Shown: in pieces, positions 47,969 to 60,274 of the stretch
How positions within the stretch are numbered: the stretch's first letter is position 1
Layout of the letters: the number at the start of each line of letters is the position of its first letter
Assembly: GCA_020891255.1 (NCBI GenBank)
Contig: BQFW01000014.1
Span: 1-64,000, forward strand
DNA length: 64,000 bases
Direction: 5' to 3'
Source: Entomortierella parvispora E1425
Lineage: Eukaryota > Fungi > Mortierellomycota
The notes under the pieces: model-generated
What the model was told of the DNA's origin: nothing
The model's input: the letters and a program-made list of their open reading frames with translations, nothing else
Database searches by the model: none
Position numbers and translations under genes: made by a program

Positions 47969-48481
47969 TTGTTGCTGTTGATGTTGCTGTTGTTGTTGCT
48001 GTTGATAATGATACGGCTGTGGAGTATATGAACGATCGTCTGCGTGGAAATGGTCTGGGCTCTGCATTAACCGCTGCTGCTGTTGGTGCTGCTGCGAAAC
48101 CTGGTGCTGATACTGATGGTGACCTGGGTGGGGTGGAGTCTGTTGACCAGGACCACTGGCGGAATGACGATACGCCTGCTGCTGTTGTTGTTGATGAGGG
48201 GGTCTGGAAACAGGTTGTGGGGGAGGGTAAAGAGCAGAAGATGGCGGGTGTCCTCCTTGATGGGCTGGATAGTAGTGGAATCCTGCTGGGTCTGGTGAAG
48301 CTGGATTGAGCATACTCTGAATTGAAGACCGCCGCGGTTGGGGCGAATGTGCGTCCGGATGGTATCCTAACTGGTCAGTTTGTTGGTGATGTTGCTGCAC
48401 ATGTGGCGCCTGCCCATAGCCGTGAGGTAGCGGCTGATTCATGGGGTGACGCGGAGGTCTTTGCTGAGAGGGGTCGGCCAT
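43369..48481 (-). CDS. SPP1: COMPASS PHD-finger subunit Spp1/CFP1 with a very long Q/H/P/S-rich N-terminus, 3 exons
   Basis: [32 protein letters not shown]; [10 protein letters not shown]; CGFD; [10 protein letters not shown]; 1300-codon first-exon ORF. Confidence 0.88.
47923..48005 (-). repeat. CAG/CAA polyglutamine tract within SPP1
   Basis: Mixed TGT/TGC/TGA triplets on the + strand encode a ~27-residue Q-rich run interrupted by H. Confidence 0.9.
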
Positions 48482-49259
48482 CGTTGTCGAAGTATGTACA
48501 AAAGTGAAGGGTCCTGCCGTTGCAACTTTGATGATTCCGAAGTCGATAGTGCCTGATCTATGGTTGCAAAGAAACCTTTGTTGTCAGAGAACTATTGGGG
48601 GACACCTGTGGCGAACGTTGCAGCCGCACTCGCATATAGACTCATAGTGTCCTCTTGGGTTTTCAATCCCACATGGCTGAAGGCATCCAAATTCCTGTGA
48701 ATTGCCAGCCCATGTGCCCATCTGGATTTCTGCGAAGCAAGTAAAACACAACACGCCTTGTCCGACATTATACGGCACATACATGCAGGAACCTGAGCAG
48801 TTGATTAAACGCGGGGTCCTCGGTCGCTACTGAATAGACGAGTGGAAGAGATCAGAATCAGCCACGGCCGGTTCCTTGTGTATGGTGAGGCAAGATTGAT
48901 GTCGAGGGAGGAGGAGCGGAGGATGCAGTCAACAATCATGCGAAGTGCGATGGTCTTTGATTCTGCGCGGTGTGCATGCGCACGTGATGTGACAAGTCAT
49001 GTGATCATACGCCTGTGTCTGTCGCGGCGCGCGGATCTGGTCCTCCTTCCAAGACCATGGCGCCCATATTCTATCGAGGTGATCTTTGCCTGTCGACTGA
49101 TATGTCCTCATTGTTTATCAGCAGGGCGTCCGAAAAGAGTCAGGTCGATTGCCATTTGGTTATAAAGCCGCAATCGTCTCTCTACCTTTTTACCTTTCTC
49201 TTTACACATTGCTGCAAGTCCTCATCGTATCTCTCTCTACGTTTCTTCACCGTCCTTCA

Positions 49260-50427
49260 ATGATGAGTCTTCGCATCGCTCTATCTTTGCTGGTCAGTCT
49301 CTCCATCGCTGGCCGAGGTACTTGCACCCCTGACCAACAGCACAAGCTGCCCAAGCGTGATAATACAGTCTACGGTAAACGATCGTGATCTTTTTTCTTG
49401 CCTGTTGCTCACTGTTGTCCCCTGCTCAACATCATTTGTCCTTCCTCTCTCTAGTAACTGTAACCGAGTATCGATACGTCCCCGTCCCACCTCCCGCCAC
49501 CCCGGCGCAATCCCCGGCTTTCTCACAGTCTGCCCTTGTGTTGACGAGCTCTGAACATCATGGTAATGTCTGGAAATCCACATGATCTGCGACTTGATCC
49601 ATAGAATACATGAACTCATGGACAAGCGTCCAACGACCCCGTTTTTCTATCTTTTTTTTTTTTTGTTCAACTCTGCTATCTCCTCTCCAACCATGTTGCC
49701 GACATCTCGAACCTTTTTTCTGGGCTGTGCCTCAGCACAACCTCCATCAATTGTCTCTACCGTCGCAACTGCATGGCACACGAATCCGAATGATGCCCTG
49801 ACATATACCTCCTTTGCTGGCTTATTATCTACGGTGGCACCGGCCTTTTATCCCTCACCTTCGCCTACCATCAACATTCCTGTGCCTGTCATTCCGGTCT
49901 CAATGACAACCCCTCTAGAACCTTCACCATCTTCTATCGCGGTCTGGACACCTCTGCCAGTTTGGGTCTCCACACACCACCCTAGTGAGTCATCGCCGTT
50001 GTCTGTGTCGATGACATTCCCGACCAATTCACTGCCGGATTCGACATCCAAGGGTCCGAAGCAAAGCGACAGCAAAAGCATTTCGACAACGGAGGTTTCC
50101 CCCAGCGCCAGTTCGACTGCCATGCCCACATCAACAGACGTAACAGTCTCGACCTCCACAACCACTCGAGTTGAATCTATCACCACCTCGACTTCTGTTG
50201 GCTCGGATGGTACGACCACTGTCATGACCGAGTATCCCTCGTTAACTCGCCCACACAGTCCTCAAAGTACCTCTGGAGCAGACTCGCGACTGCCTCGACC
50301 CAAAGCCAGTGGACAGACATTTGAGTCCGCGCTTGGCTATTTTGTGGACAACATTTACCCTGGTCCAGTGTGGGTCACAATGGCAATGGCGTTCACGATC
50401 CCAGGTGTGTTCTTGTTGGTAGTGTAA
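49260..50427 (+). CDS. Ser/Thr/Pro-rich secreted, probably GPI-anchored surface protein, 3 exons
   Basis: Signal MMSLRIALSLLVSLSIAG; phase-1 introns keep frame; S/T-rich body; hydrophobic terminus VWVTMAMAFTIPGVFLLVV*. Confidence 0.75.
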
Positions 50428-50680
50428 GAGTGTAGGAGGTTTGAACCCACCCATTTACATAGGCGCATGCATCCTCTACGAAGACCCTTCAGCAATAAAG
50501 ACCCGAATTCATGGCAATCGACGGCTCGGCTTGTGAGCGTGAGCGCCCGTCACACGTTCATCTCGATCGCCGTTGGTGATCCGCTCATGTCTCTTTATGG
50601 TTTTTCTGTCTCTTTCTTTCTCTTCTTTCTTTCTGCTTCCACCACTTGTCACCCTCACTCCTCGTCAAACTCCTGCCGTC

Positions 50681-51407
50681 ATGTCTCTTTCTAATTACCC
50701 TCACTTCCCTTTGCTTTCATTGCCTATTGCTGCTGGCATCGCCTACGCTCCTCACTTCATCCGTGCGCTGGTACAGTGATATTAAGTGGTGCTGCGTCAT
50801 TTATCGTCATCAGTTTTCCTTGTTCGCTCAGTTGCTAACCCTTTTCATGTATACTCAATCGAACAAAACGACCTGTAGATTGTCATCAACGCAACCAAAA
50901 GATGGAACAATGGTATGTGGGCCTTACAATCGACCTCGTCTCCCAATGGCTGTGGTTAACGACCCTTTCATTTTGTATGTCATAGTCAGTCCTCGCGGCC
51001 AGCTGGAAAAGGTTGAGACTCGTATGAGCAAGGCTGCTTGGGCCATGGCTAAACGTGCCGAGGGTGCCCACATCAACGGCATTGAGACTTTGCCAATCTT
51101 TTACGGTGCTGTGGTAAGTCCATGTTGTCAAAGGATTATACGGAAAGTAATTAATAGTACGAGAGAAACTATCTGACGCCTCCGATCGTGACAATGATGC
51201 TTGTAGCTTGCAGCGCTGCAGGCTGGTGTCGCCAAGGACACGGTCAACTATTACTCTGGCCTCTTCCTTGCCACTCGTGTCCTGTACAACCTCGTCTACA
51301 TTATCAACACAACCCAGATTACCGCGCTCGCTCGAACTGGCATCTGGACTGCCAGCATGGTGGCGTGCCTGAAGCTGTTCCTAGCTGCTGCTGCCACCAA
51401 GTACTAG
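50681..51407 (+). CDS. MAPEG-family membrane protein, 4 exons
   Basis: WNNVSPR; RAEGAHINGIETLPIF; FLATRVLYNLVYI; RTGIW. Confidence 0.88.
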
Positions 51408-51772
51408 TTACGTCAGGCACCAAGCTCGCCCTCTTCCCAGATGAATCAAAAAGAAAAAAAATAAAAAAGAACTGCTGAACGGACTTTGGTCAGGAACTCA
51501 GAACTCAAAACTGGATTGGTCACGTGCAGAGCTCCTTTTAGAGTTGCCAACTGCATCGCATGACGATGTCAGCTTCCATTCCCCAGGCTTGGCAATTTTC
51601 CCCCTTGACTTCTCTCCATCTCTCATCACTTGCACTCACCCGCCGCATCAACGACTGACCGACCGACCGACCGATCGACCGTTCTAGCTCAACCCATTAT
51701 ATCCCTGCGATACCTCCCCCGTCTTCACACGACACAGCAACACTCCCCGCATTTCATACAGGATACCACATC

Positions 51773-52893
51773 ATGCAGCTCTTTTTCAATCGCAAGCCGA
51801 AGGTTACGCCCAAGGACTCAATTGTTGAACTCAGGAATACCCTTCAAATGCTCGAGAAGCGAGAGACCTTTCTTCAGACAAAGATTGACAATGAGCTCAA
51901 GATTGCCAAGGCGAACGCCACGAAGAACAGAAGAGGTACCCAGTTGTTTTTCCGTCCCTGTCCAGCGCTTCCAAGCTTTACCAGCCCGCACAGGGAGGCA
52001 GGGCAAGGATATCATGATCAATGTTTTCCTCTTGTCTGCGCAAATGGTTTCTGACTCCACTTTTCTCTCCACAACCACCTTTATGCTCTGTGTACCTAGC
52101 CGCTTTGATGGCCTTGAAGCGCAAGAAGCAGTTTGAGGGTCAGATTGAAAAGATCTCTGGGTCGAGACTGACGATAGAAACCCAAGTGATGGCCATTGAA
52201 AATGCAAACGTCAACTTGGAGACGATGAAGGCCATGCGTGCAGGAGCGGAAGCCATGAAGGGTATCCACGGAGCCATGTAAGCTGCAGTTTGAAAAGGAT
52301 ATGCAAAAAAATCATCGGAGGTGGAGCTCTTGCCGGTGTTGTGCTATGGGAGATCTCTCAAATCAACTGAAAAAATAATGTTCGTATCTGAATAGGGACA
52401 TCAACAAGGTGGACCAGACAATGGAAGAAATTAGAGATCAGATGGAACTCGCCAATGAAATCTCCGATGTCATTTCGCAGCCAGTTGGGGGCATTGAAAT
52501 GGACGATGTAAGAATCTGGAAGACTGCACTGACTCGACAGCGGATGAAATATCACTCTGCAAAGACTGGCTATCCACGCCTGGATCGCGTTTCTGGTACC
52601 CCGTACTGACATGTTGACCTCTCTCCTTCGTAGGACGAACTCGCGGCTGAGCTTGATGAACTGGAGCAACAGGAGTTGAACAAGCAGCTTTTGGAGACCG
52701 AACGACCCCCTCAAATGGGCTTGCCATCTGTACCGAACCATGAACCTGGTAAGAAACTGCCTAGCTTGAAACTACTTGCACCCCAGCACCTTCTAGTCTT
52801 ACGTCCTAATATTTACTCGCCTGTTCATTTGTAGAAGTGGAAGATGAAGAAGAGGCGGAGCTCCGAGAATTGCGTGAGAGCATGGCCATGTAG
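51773..52893 (+). CDS. SNF7: ESCRT-III subunit Snf7/Vps32, 5 exons
   Basis: AALMALKRKK; IENANVNLET; DINKVDQTMEEIRDQMELANEIS; DELAAELDELEQQ; AELRELRESMAM*. Confidence 0.96.
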
Positions 52894-53125
52894 ACTACCA
52901 ATCCCACAGCGTGAAGTGCGTAGATCAAGGCCCCGAGGCCTTCTGTCTAGACGCTGGTTGCGAGTGAGGACTAGGAACGAGAGAGTCAATAAATAAAAAT
53001 GACCAAAAATCACTCATTCTCTCTGTTTTCTGCATTCAGACCGACAACCTTAGCATCTTCCATCTTTCATTCAACGTTGGCCCCATCCCTCAGGCGTTGG
53101 AACGCATGCTCTTGGCCCACTCACC

Positions 53126-54730
53126 ATGGTCAGGCTTACCTTGGCAGATTATGACTCCAGTATGTCTGCTGACAGTGATTCATCTCAGCCCTCGTGGACC
53201 ATCCAGGACAAGTCTGGGAGCGAAGACGGTGCCAGTGCTTTTCTCAGATACTCGACCCCTCCTGGCTCTGGACGCTTTCGCTGCAGTGTGGATTTGGCGC
53301 GGCTAGAAAAGCTGACCGCAGTCTGCAAAGAGCTCGAGGGCGCAGTCAACGCCCACTGTGCCGCAAAAATGAACTCGAAGGCAGGAGAGAAAAAGCCCGT
53401 ATTGGCCAAGGAGCAGGAGCAGGATGAAGCTGGCATGACAAGCACAAGGACTAAACCCCCTGTAACCCTGCCTGGAGACCCTTGTCATGGACGAGACGCG
53501 TCTTTCCTTACTCGACCTGGCTCCGATTCGCAGATCCAGCCTAGACTGGCGGCCGCGATCGTACCCGGTGATTTGAGGAGAATGCTTCTCTTTCCTTTGC
53601 TGAGCCTGAAGCCTGAAAACTCGCAGGAGCCCATAGCCCAGCTTCGGTTTGTCTTTTCAGCATACCAGATCCCGAGAGGTGCAGCCTTCGCCTTGTTTAT
53701 GAACTCTCTGCAACAGGTACGTGTGGTTGACACGTACCTGATTCCGTTCGAATATGAACATGTCCGACGTGATCAGGATGTTGTCTTTGGTCTGACAGGA
53801 CCCTTGGAAGCCGCCTGCAGTCTGCTCAAAAAATTCCTATTGTGCAATGGAAAGAAGTCTTTGACCGGGAAGCCTTACAGGATTCACTGCCTGGTGCCTG
53901 CCGATATGCTCCCCTCATGCTTCTCCCCTAGTCCCGGATCCTCGTGGTTCTCTTCATACAAGAGAATTAAAGGCACTGACGAAAGTCTGCTGTCGATCGA
54001 GTCAACATCCCTACGTGCTCTCTTGGCTGCGACAAAATTGATAGGAGGAGTTCTTTCGACGCAAGAAGATTCGCTGCATTGTGTATTTTACCAAGGAGGC
54101 CTCCCCTCTATTATTCCTGATAGAAGACTACACCATCACGAACCGAACTTGCCGCCCATGGGGCTCTTGGATTATTCTAAGAACCCTCCTGATAACACAG
54201 TGGATCTGGACCGTATGCCATGCTTTGGTTTGAGTTTGTTGCTGAACCGGGTCCATACCCACGCGATTTCTGGAGAGGAAGGTGTATTGATCCGCCTGCT
54301 GTTGACCACCCTTGGGTCAAGGTTTCGAATATCAGGCAGCGGACTGAAGACTCCAGGTGGGATTTTTTTTGTACACGAGATTGGCGCCCACGATCTGAAT
54401 ACTCTAGAGCGAACAGTGGTTGAGCTGACCCGCTGGACAGAACGACCCACCCCTTCATCGGAATGGACCCTCATGCTTCTTCTCCCGCGAGGAGTCTTGC
54501 ATGTCCTTCAAAGTGAGAGTGCAACTCAAAATTGGCGTCTACGAGAGATTTTTGGCTGTAGGATGCCAGGGCCGGCACCAGATGAGAAGTGTTGGCTGAA
54601 TGAGACTATTGGGTGTACTGTGGTAGCCCGCAGTGGCCGTCGAGGGATGCAAGAAGCAGTCAGAAGCATACTGTCGACGTTGTACCGTGGTCTCATTGAT
54701 GACGCGGGTTGGCAGCCACTCAACAATTAA
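53126..54730 (+). CDS. Intronless 534-aa hypothetical protein with possible degenerate KH-like repeats
   Basis: Uninterrupted ORF filling the SNF7-GSIII gap; HAISGEEGVLIRLLLTTLGSRFRIS resembles a KH GxxG segment; family uncertain. Confidence 0.7.
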   Translation: MVRLTLADYDSSMSADSDSSQPSWTIQDKSGSEDGASAFLRYSTPPGSGRFRCSVDLARLEKLTAVCKELEGAVNAHCAAKMNSKAGEKKPVLAKEQEQDEAGMTSTRTKPPVTLPGDPCHGRDASFLTRPGSDSQIQPRLAAAIVPGDLRRMLLFPLLSLKPENSQEPIAQLRFVFSAYQIPRGAAFALFMNSLQQVRVVDTYLIPFEYEHVRRDQDVVFGLTGPLEAACSLLKKFLLCNGKKSLTGKPYRIHCLVPADMLPSCFSPSPGSSWFSSYKRIKGTDESLLSIESTSLRALLAATKLIGGVLSTQEDSLHCVFYQGGLPSIIPDRRLHHHEPNLPPMGLLDYSKNPPDNTVDLDRMPCFGLSLLLNRVHTHAISGEEGVLIRLLLTTLGSRFRISGSGLKTPGGIFFVHEIGAHDLNTLERTVVELTRWTERPTPSSEWTLMLLLPRGVLHVLQSESATQNWRLREIFGCRMPGPAPDEKCWLNETIGCTVVARSGRRGMQEAVRSILSTLYRGLIDDAGWQPLNN

Positions 54731-54882
54731 AAACATCACCACTCCTGCAAACATGAGGTTCAGCCCCTCGTTTTTTTTTTTTGTCTCTTTCTCCTTTCTT
54801 TCCTTCCAATTCACACGCTTTCTTTTTGTCAACTTCAACCTCAACCACTCGCCTCAATCGTCCCACACAAAGAAGAAAGAAA

Positions 54883-57273
54883 ATGTCGTCGTCCGCTAAC
54901 CAGGCCCGCAAGGAAGCCATTCGCGACAATGTCATGAGACCAAGCAGAGTGGTTCCCTACCCCTCCAAGGATGGCAAACCAATTTACACCTCCGAATTCT
55001 TTGGCGAGAGTGTCTTTGGTCTTGCTCAGATCGCCAAGGCCCTTCCTAAGCCAGCGTACGCTCAGTTTCTCCGTCAGATGAGAGGTGGTCGTGCTCTTGA
55101 CAAGGGCACAGCAGATGCAATCGCACATGCTGTTCGTATCTGGGCCATGGACAAGGGCGCGACACATTTCACTCATTGGTTTCAGCCACAAACGGGAACC
55201 ACGGCTGAAAAGCATGATGCATTCCTGACACTCAAGACAACTCATGGTCCACATGGTGTTGAAGAGGTAAGGCTCTAGTCTGGTCAATTAGTTGATAGAA
55301 GAAGAGGTAGAAGACTACATCAGGTCTAAAGATCTGATGCTCAATTTGATTCTCATGACCCGTCTCTTTAGACCAAAGCAATCGATGCATTTTCTGGTTC
55401 TCAGCTTTTGCAGGCAGAACCTGATGCTTCGTCCTTCCCTTCCGGTGGAATGCGAACGACGTTCGAAGCGCGAGGATACACCGTTTGGGATACGACTTCG
55501 CCCATGTTTGTGCAACAAGGACCTCACAAGACGTGCGTCCTGTATATTCCTTCCGTCTTCATCTCTTACAATGGCGATGCCTTGGATGAGAAGACTGTCC
55601 TCTTGCGTTCGACACAGCAGGTCGCTAAAGCTGCGTTGGCGGTGTTGGCCTTGCTTGAGCCGGTGCCTCAGGGCGCGCCGCCAATCACCTCTGTAGTGTA
55701 TACCACCTTGGGAACAGAACAAGAATACTTTTTGGTCGATCGTGCTCTCTATGTCTTGCGTCCTGACCTCAAAATAACTGGACGAGTCTTGGTCGGTGCT
55801 CTGCCTGCCAAGCATCAGCAGATGGAAGATCATTATTTCGGCCATATTCCCTCGCGCGTTCTGGCCACTATGAGTGAGGCCGAATTGGAACTATACAAAC
55901 TGGGTGTGCCTGTGAAAACACGCCATAACGAGGTGGCTCCACAGCAATTCGAGTTGGCACCAATCTTTGAAGAGACGTCTTTGGCGGTGGATCACAACTT
56001 GCTGACAATGGATGTGCTCTCCAAGGTCGCTCATCGCAACAACCTCAAGGTCCTCTATCACGAAAAGCCCTTCAAGGGCGTCAATGGATCTGGCAAGCAC
56101 TGCAATTGGTCCTTGTCCACGGGCTCAGGAGACAATTTGTTGGATCCCACTATCAAACCTGAGACCAACTTCCGGTTCTTGTTCTTCCTTCTTGCCACAC
56201 TTGACGCGGTTCAGAAGCATGGTAGCTTGTTGCGGGCTGGTATTGCCAGTGCCAGCAATGAGCATCGCCTGGGTGCCAATGAGGCGCCTCCAGCTATCAT
56301 CTCTGTGTTTTTGGGTGAACACTTGACCGAGGTACTCAACTCGATCGAAGAGTCGCGCCCGATCAAAAACTTTTCCATGCCCAATATCCAGTCCATCAAG
56401 CTCGGAGGCACCGCTTTGGATGTCATGGTCTCTACTTTGCCCGAGATCTCTCGCGATCTCACTGATCGAAACCGAACCTCCCCCTTTGCTTTCACGGGTA
56501 ACAAGTTTGAGTTCAGAGCTGTTGGATCCAAGCAGTCGCCTTCCTTCCCAATGACACTCTTGAACGCTGCTGTTGCCTCTTCCTTGCAAGATATGGCCGA
56601 GGCATTGAGAACTGCATCGGGAGACAAGGCCTTCCCATCGGATGCGGACAAGTTCAAGGTGATTCGCCAGTATATTGCCTCGACCAAGAATGTTCGATTT
56701 GAAGGCGATGGCTACTCGGATGATTGGCGCCAGGAGGCAGCTCGTCGCGGCCTCCCGAACATCACCAACTGCCCAGATGCGTTCGATCAGATCATTGAGA
56801 AAAAGAACTCGGCCATGTTGTGCAAGCTTGGAATTTTTTCAGAATCGGAGCTTCAGTCGCGTCATTACATTCTGATGGAACGTTACTCCAAGGACTTATT
56901 GCTGGAGGCCAACACCCTGCGCACCATCTTGGCACAGCAGGTTCTTCCTGCCGCCTATGAATACCGTGCAGCCCTGGCTTCTTCGTGCGCTCAGCAGAAG
57001 GCAATTGGAGTGGGATCGAACTGCCCTGAGCTCACAACCTTGAACTTGACGACCCCCTTGGTGGAAAGTTTGTTGGTTTGGATCGAAAAGCTGGACGAGG
57101 CCATTAACCACGTCCACAACGCCAGCGATGACCCTTCAAAGGAGGCTCGCGCTTCCGCAAAATATCTCTTGCCGGCCATGGAAGGCGCCCGCGAGGTTGC
57201 GGACGAGCTGGAAACGATTATTGCAGACAAATACTTCCCCTTGCCCAAGATGTCAGAGATTCTCTGGTTCTAA
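54883..57273 (+). CDS. glnN: Glutamine synthetase type III; intron 55267-55371
   Basis: GATHFTHWFQP..TAEKHDAF; EPDASSFPSGG.R.TFEARGYT.WD; GTEQEYFL; HNEVAPQQFE; EKPFKGVNGSGKH; RLGANEAPPA; DRNRTSPFAFTGNKFEFRAVGS. Confidence 0.97.
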
Positions 57274-57483
57274 AATAATCAATGATAGACACGCGGACGT
57301 TGTTACTAGTTCAATATGATTAAAGGACATATCATCTGTCATTGTTGTCTTGAAGATTGGAAGGTTGGACTCTGCTGGGGGTCTTCAGGACAAAAAAAAA
57401 AAAAAAATAATATCTGCGATCTTGGTCGGCGGATATGCGCTTCGACCAGCCGTCCGTCGCCGAATGCAAAAAAAAAAAGAATT

Positions 57484-57556
57484 CGCCCGTACTAGGACTC
57501 GAACCTAGAACTTTCACCTTAGGAGGGAGATGGAATATCCATTTTCCCATACGGGC
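57484..57556 (-). tRNA. tRNA-Arg(CCT)
   Basis: GCCCGTA/TACGGGC acceptor stem; GGAA/TTCC D stem; loop CT-CCT-AA; CTAGG-TTCGAGT-CCTAG T arm; downstream poly-T. Confidence 0.88.
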
Positions 57557-57721
57557 GATTATTCAGAATCTTTTGATCTGATTCGTTGAAACATTTTTTT
57601 TCTCTGTTCTACAAATATCGCTCATCTTCGATACCACGTGACAAGATATCACATGATCGCATCGACCATGTTTCAGTTCGCTATTCTTCAATAATCGAAA
57701 TCAGAAGAAAAACAACAACAT

Positions 57722-57804
57722 CCGAAAATAGCTCAGTTGGTAGAGCGGGAGACTGTAGTTTGTCTGTCATCTCTAGGTCCCTGGTTCAAATCCGGGTTTT
57801 CGGA
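57722..57804 (+). tRNA. tRNA-Tyr(GTA) with a ~10-nt intron
   Basis: CCGAAAA/TTTTCGG acceptor; GCTC-AGTTGGTA-GAGC D arm; CT-GTA-G followed by intron; CCTGG-TTCAAAT-CCGGG T arm. Confidence 0.93.
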
Positions 57805-57973
57805 TTCCTTTTGTCTCCTGACTTTTTTCTTTTTTTTTCCCCTCGCTTTGGCCGAAGAGCCGAAGAGCCGCTGTGGAGGGTTCTAGACTTCAAAGCTGCC
57901 CTTGTCTGTCAAGAGTGAGTCGTTGATTCTTTTACTCCTGCGCTCATTCCCCTCCTCAATTGCATAGAAAGAC

Positions 57974-58920
57974 ATGTCATCAGCCTACGGAAGCATTGCC
58001 CGACCTATTTCGGACAAGAGTCTTGGATCGATCCTCCCTCGCCATGCAAAACTCAGGGCGGTGACTGATCAGGACTCATCCTCCGCAGTCAATGATGCAA
58101 CCTTGTTCAAGATCATTTCTCAGCCATTGAAACAAGACAGCAAGAAGCAGGACGAGTCCGTCTACATTCTTGACGCTGCCGCCCACAGCACTTTGCTCGA
58201 AGCTATGGGAACTGTGTTTAACAATGAGGTTGACAGAGGTGATACCTATCCACAGGAGCATCGGTTGGATACGGCTCAATTCGACAACTATTTCTTTTCG
58301 GGCGACGCGTTCGTGTTGCTCAAGGGCCATTATAGTCACGCGACGGATGTCCTGCCAAAGGGCTCTGCCTCAGAATGGGATGACGATCTCCTAGGATTCT
58401 TTTACATCAAGCCTAATTTCCCGGTATGACAGATCAAAGGGCGTTGGATGGAGAAAGATATGCAAACATGACGCTAAAAAAATAGCTCCTTTTTTTTTTA
58501 TGGGTCTCCAGGGTCGTTGTTCTCATGTAAGCTGCCAGTGGTCGATGGATGTCTTCTCCCGAAGCAGCTTGTCTTAAACATTCTTCTTTCTGATCTAAAT
58601 AGATTTGCAATGGAGGGTTTATGGTGAACCCTGCGCATCGCGGATTGGGTCTTGGTTCCATCATGGGCAAGGCCTTTCTCCGGATCGTGCCTGTGATCGG
58701 CTACAAAGCCTCCATGTTCAACCTGGTCTTTGTCTCTAATGTGGCCTCTATCAAGCTCTGGCGCCGTCTTGGATTCAAGGAGATTGGGCGCATTCCAAAG
58801 GCTGGACGTCTCCGAGGACAAGGTGCAGATCACAGCCAAGACAACAGTGACAACGAGGGCTATGTGGATGCCATTCAGTTCTATTGGGACTTTGAGACCA
58901 TGCCTGTCACCGAGGATTGA
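57974..58920 (+). CDS. GNAT acetyltransferase (Mpr1/Spt10-like), multi-exon
   Basis: EVDRGDTYPQE; GFFYIKPNFP|GR.SH|ICNGGF; HRGLGLG; FNLVFVSNVASIKLWRRLGF. Confidence 0.88.
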
Positions 58921-58998
58921 CAATAAAAGTGTTTTTTTTTTATCATTATTTTATTATGTACAAGTGAGAAGAGGGGGTGAAGATATAACGTGCTTTTT

Positions 58999-60274
58999 TT
59001 AAGCAAGAATCTTGCGAAGACCTTCTTTCTGCGCAGGGGTAAGAGTCTGAGGGAACTTCACCACGTACTTGACTACGAGATCGCCCTTCTGGCCTGGTTT
59101 CTTGGAGATGGGCATTCCTTCGCTCGGGAATTTTTCTTCTTGGCCGGGCTGGATGACGCGTGTGCTGGCTGAGACGGGAAGTGTACGTCCATCAAGCGTC
59201 TTGACAGTCTTTGAGAATCCAGTCAAAGCCTCCATGAGAGATAGTTCGACCTCAACAATCAGATCGTCTCCACGGCGCGTGAATGTAGGGTGCGGTTTCT
59301 CTTCCAAGACAAACTCAATATCCTGCACAGCCCCGCTAGGGAACTCGTCACCCTCGTTAGGGAAGCGGATCTTGGTACCCGCCTTCCAGCCAGGTTTGAC
59401 ATCAACGGTGAGAATCTTGTCGGCGGTGCGTCCAGATCCGTCTCGGACTTTGCGGGTGACCTTGAGTCGTTTGGTGACGCCCTTTTGGAGATCCTCGAGC
59501 GAGACAGCCAGACTGCGAACCAGCGCTGGTGGTTTCTCAGGAACGGATGACTGCGATGACTGTTGTTGTTGCGACCGTCTGCCTCCTGGCATTCCACCCA
59601 TACCTCCGGGCATGCCACCCATACCTCCAGGCATACCGCCCATACCGCCCATACCATGCATGCCACCCATGCCGCCCATACCTTGTCGCATGCCGGGGAA
59701 TCCTCCCATGTCGTCATCGCCAAAGCCACCGCCACCTCCAAATGATGAGAAGAACTGCTTGAAGATATCCTCGGCATCGGTGGGTCTGAATCCGCCTCCA
59801 GCACCGCCCATGCCTCCAGGCGTCGATGTGAAACTGAAGGTGTGTCCACCGCCGCCTGGGAAGCCACTGAATCCGCCTGGTGGGAATCCTCCTGGACCGC
59901 CGGCACCTTCTGGCCCTGAGCTGGCGCCACCCTTGAGACCTTCCTCGCCAAACTGGTCAAAGACGGCGCGCTTGTTTTTGTCGCTCAGGACCTCGTACGC
60001 TTCAGAGATATCCTGGAATTTCTTTTGGGCATCTGGGGCAGAGTTCTAAAGTTGATTGGAGAAATATGAAGGAGGTCAGTCTTCATAGTCAAAGAAAGAA
60101 AGAAAAAAAAAAAAGGCAAAAAAAGCAGGAAGTTCGGGAATATTGAAGCGCGATAGAACGTAAAAGTACCTTGTCTGGATGGTATTTCAATGCGAGTTTG
60201 CGATAGGCTTTCTTGAGCTGGTCATCTGTGGCAGCCTTGTCGACTCCAAGAATCACGTAGTAGTCTTTTCCCAT
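58999..60274 (-). CDS. SIS1: Type II J-protein (Hsp40) Sis1/DNAJB, one intron
   Basis: MGKDYY..LKYHPDK J domain; G/F and G/M-rich linker; [11 protein letters not shown]; no zinc finger. Confidence 0.96.

Noticed and set aside
55891-57248. Minus-strand ORFs over GSIII
   Set aside because: Antisense shadows of a well-supported gene.
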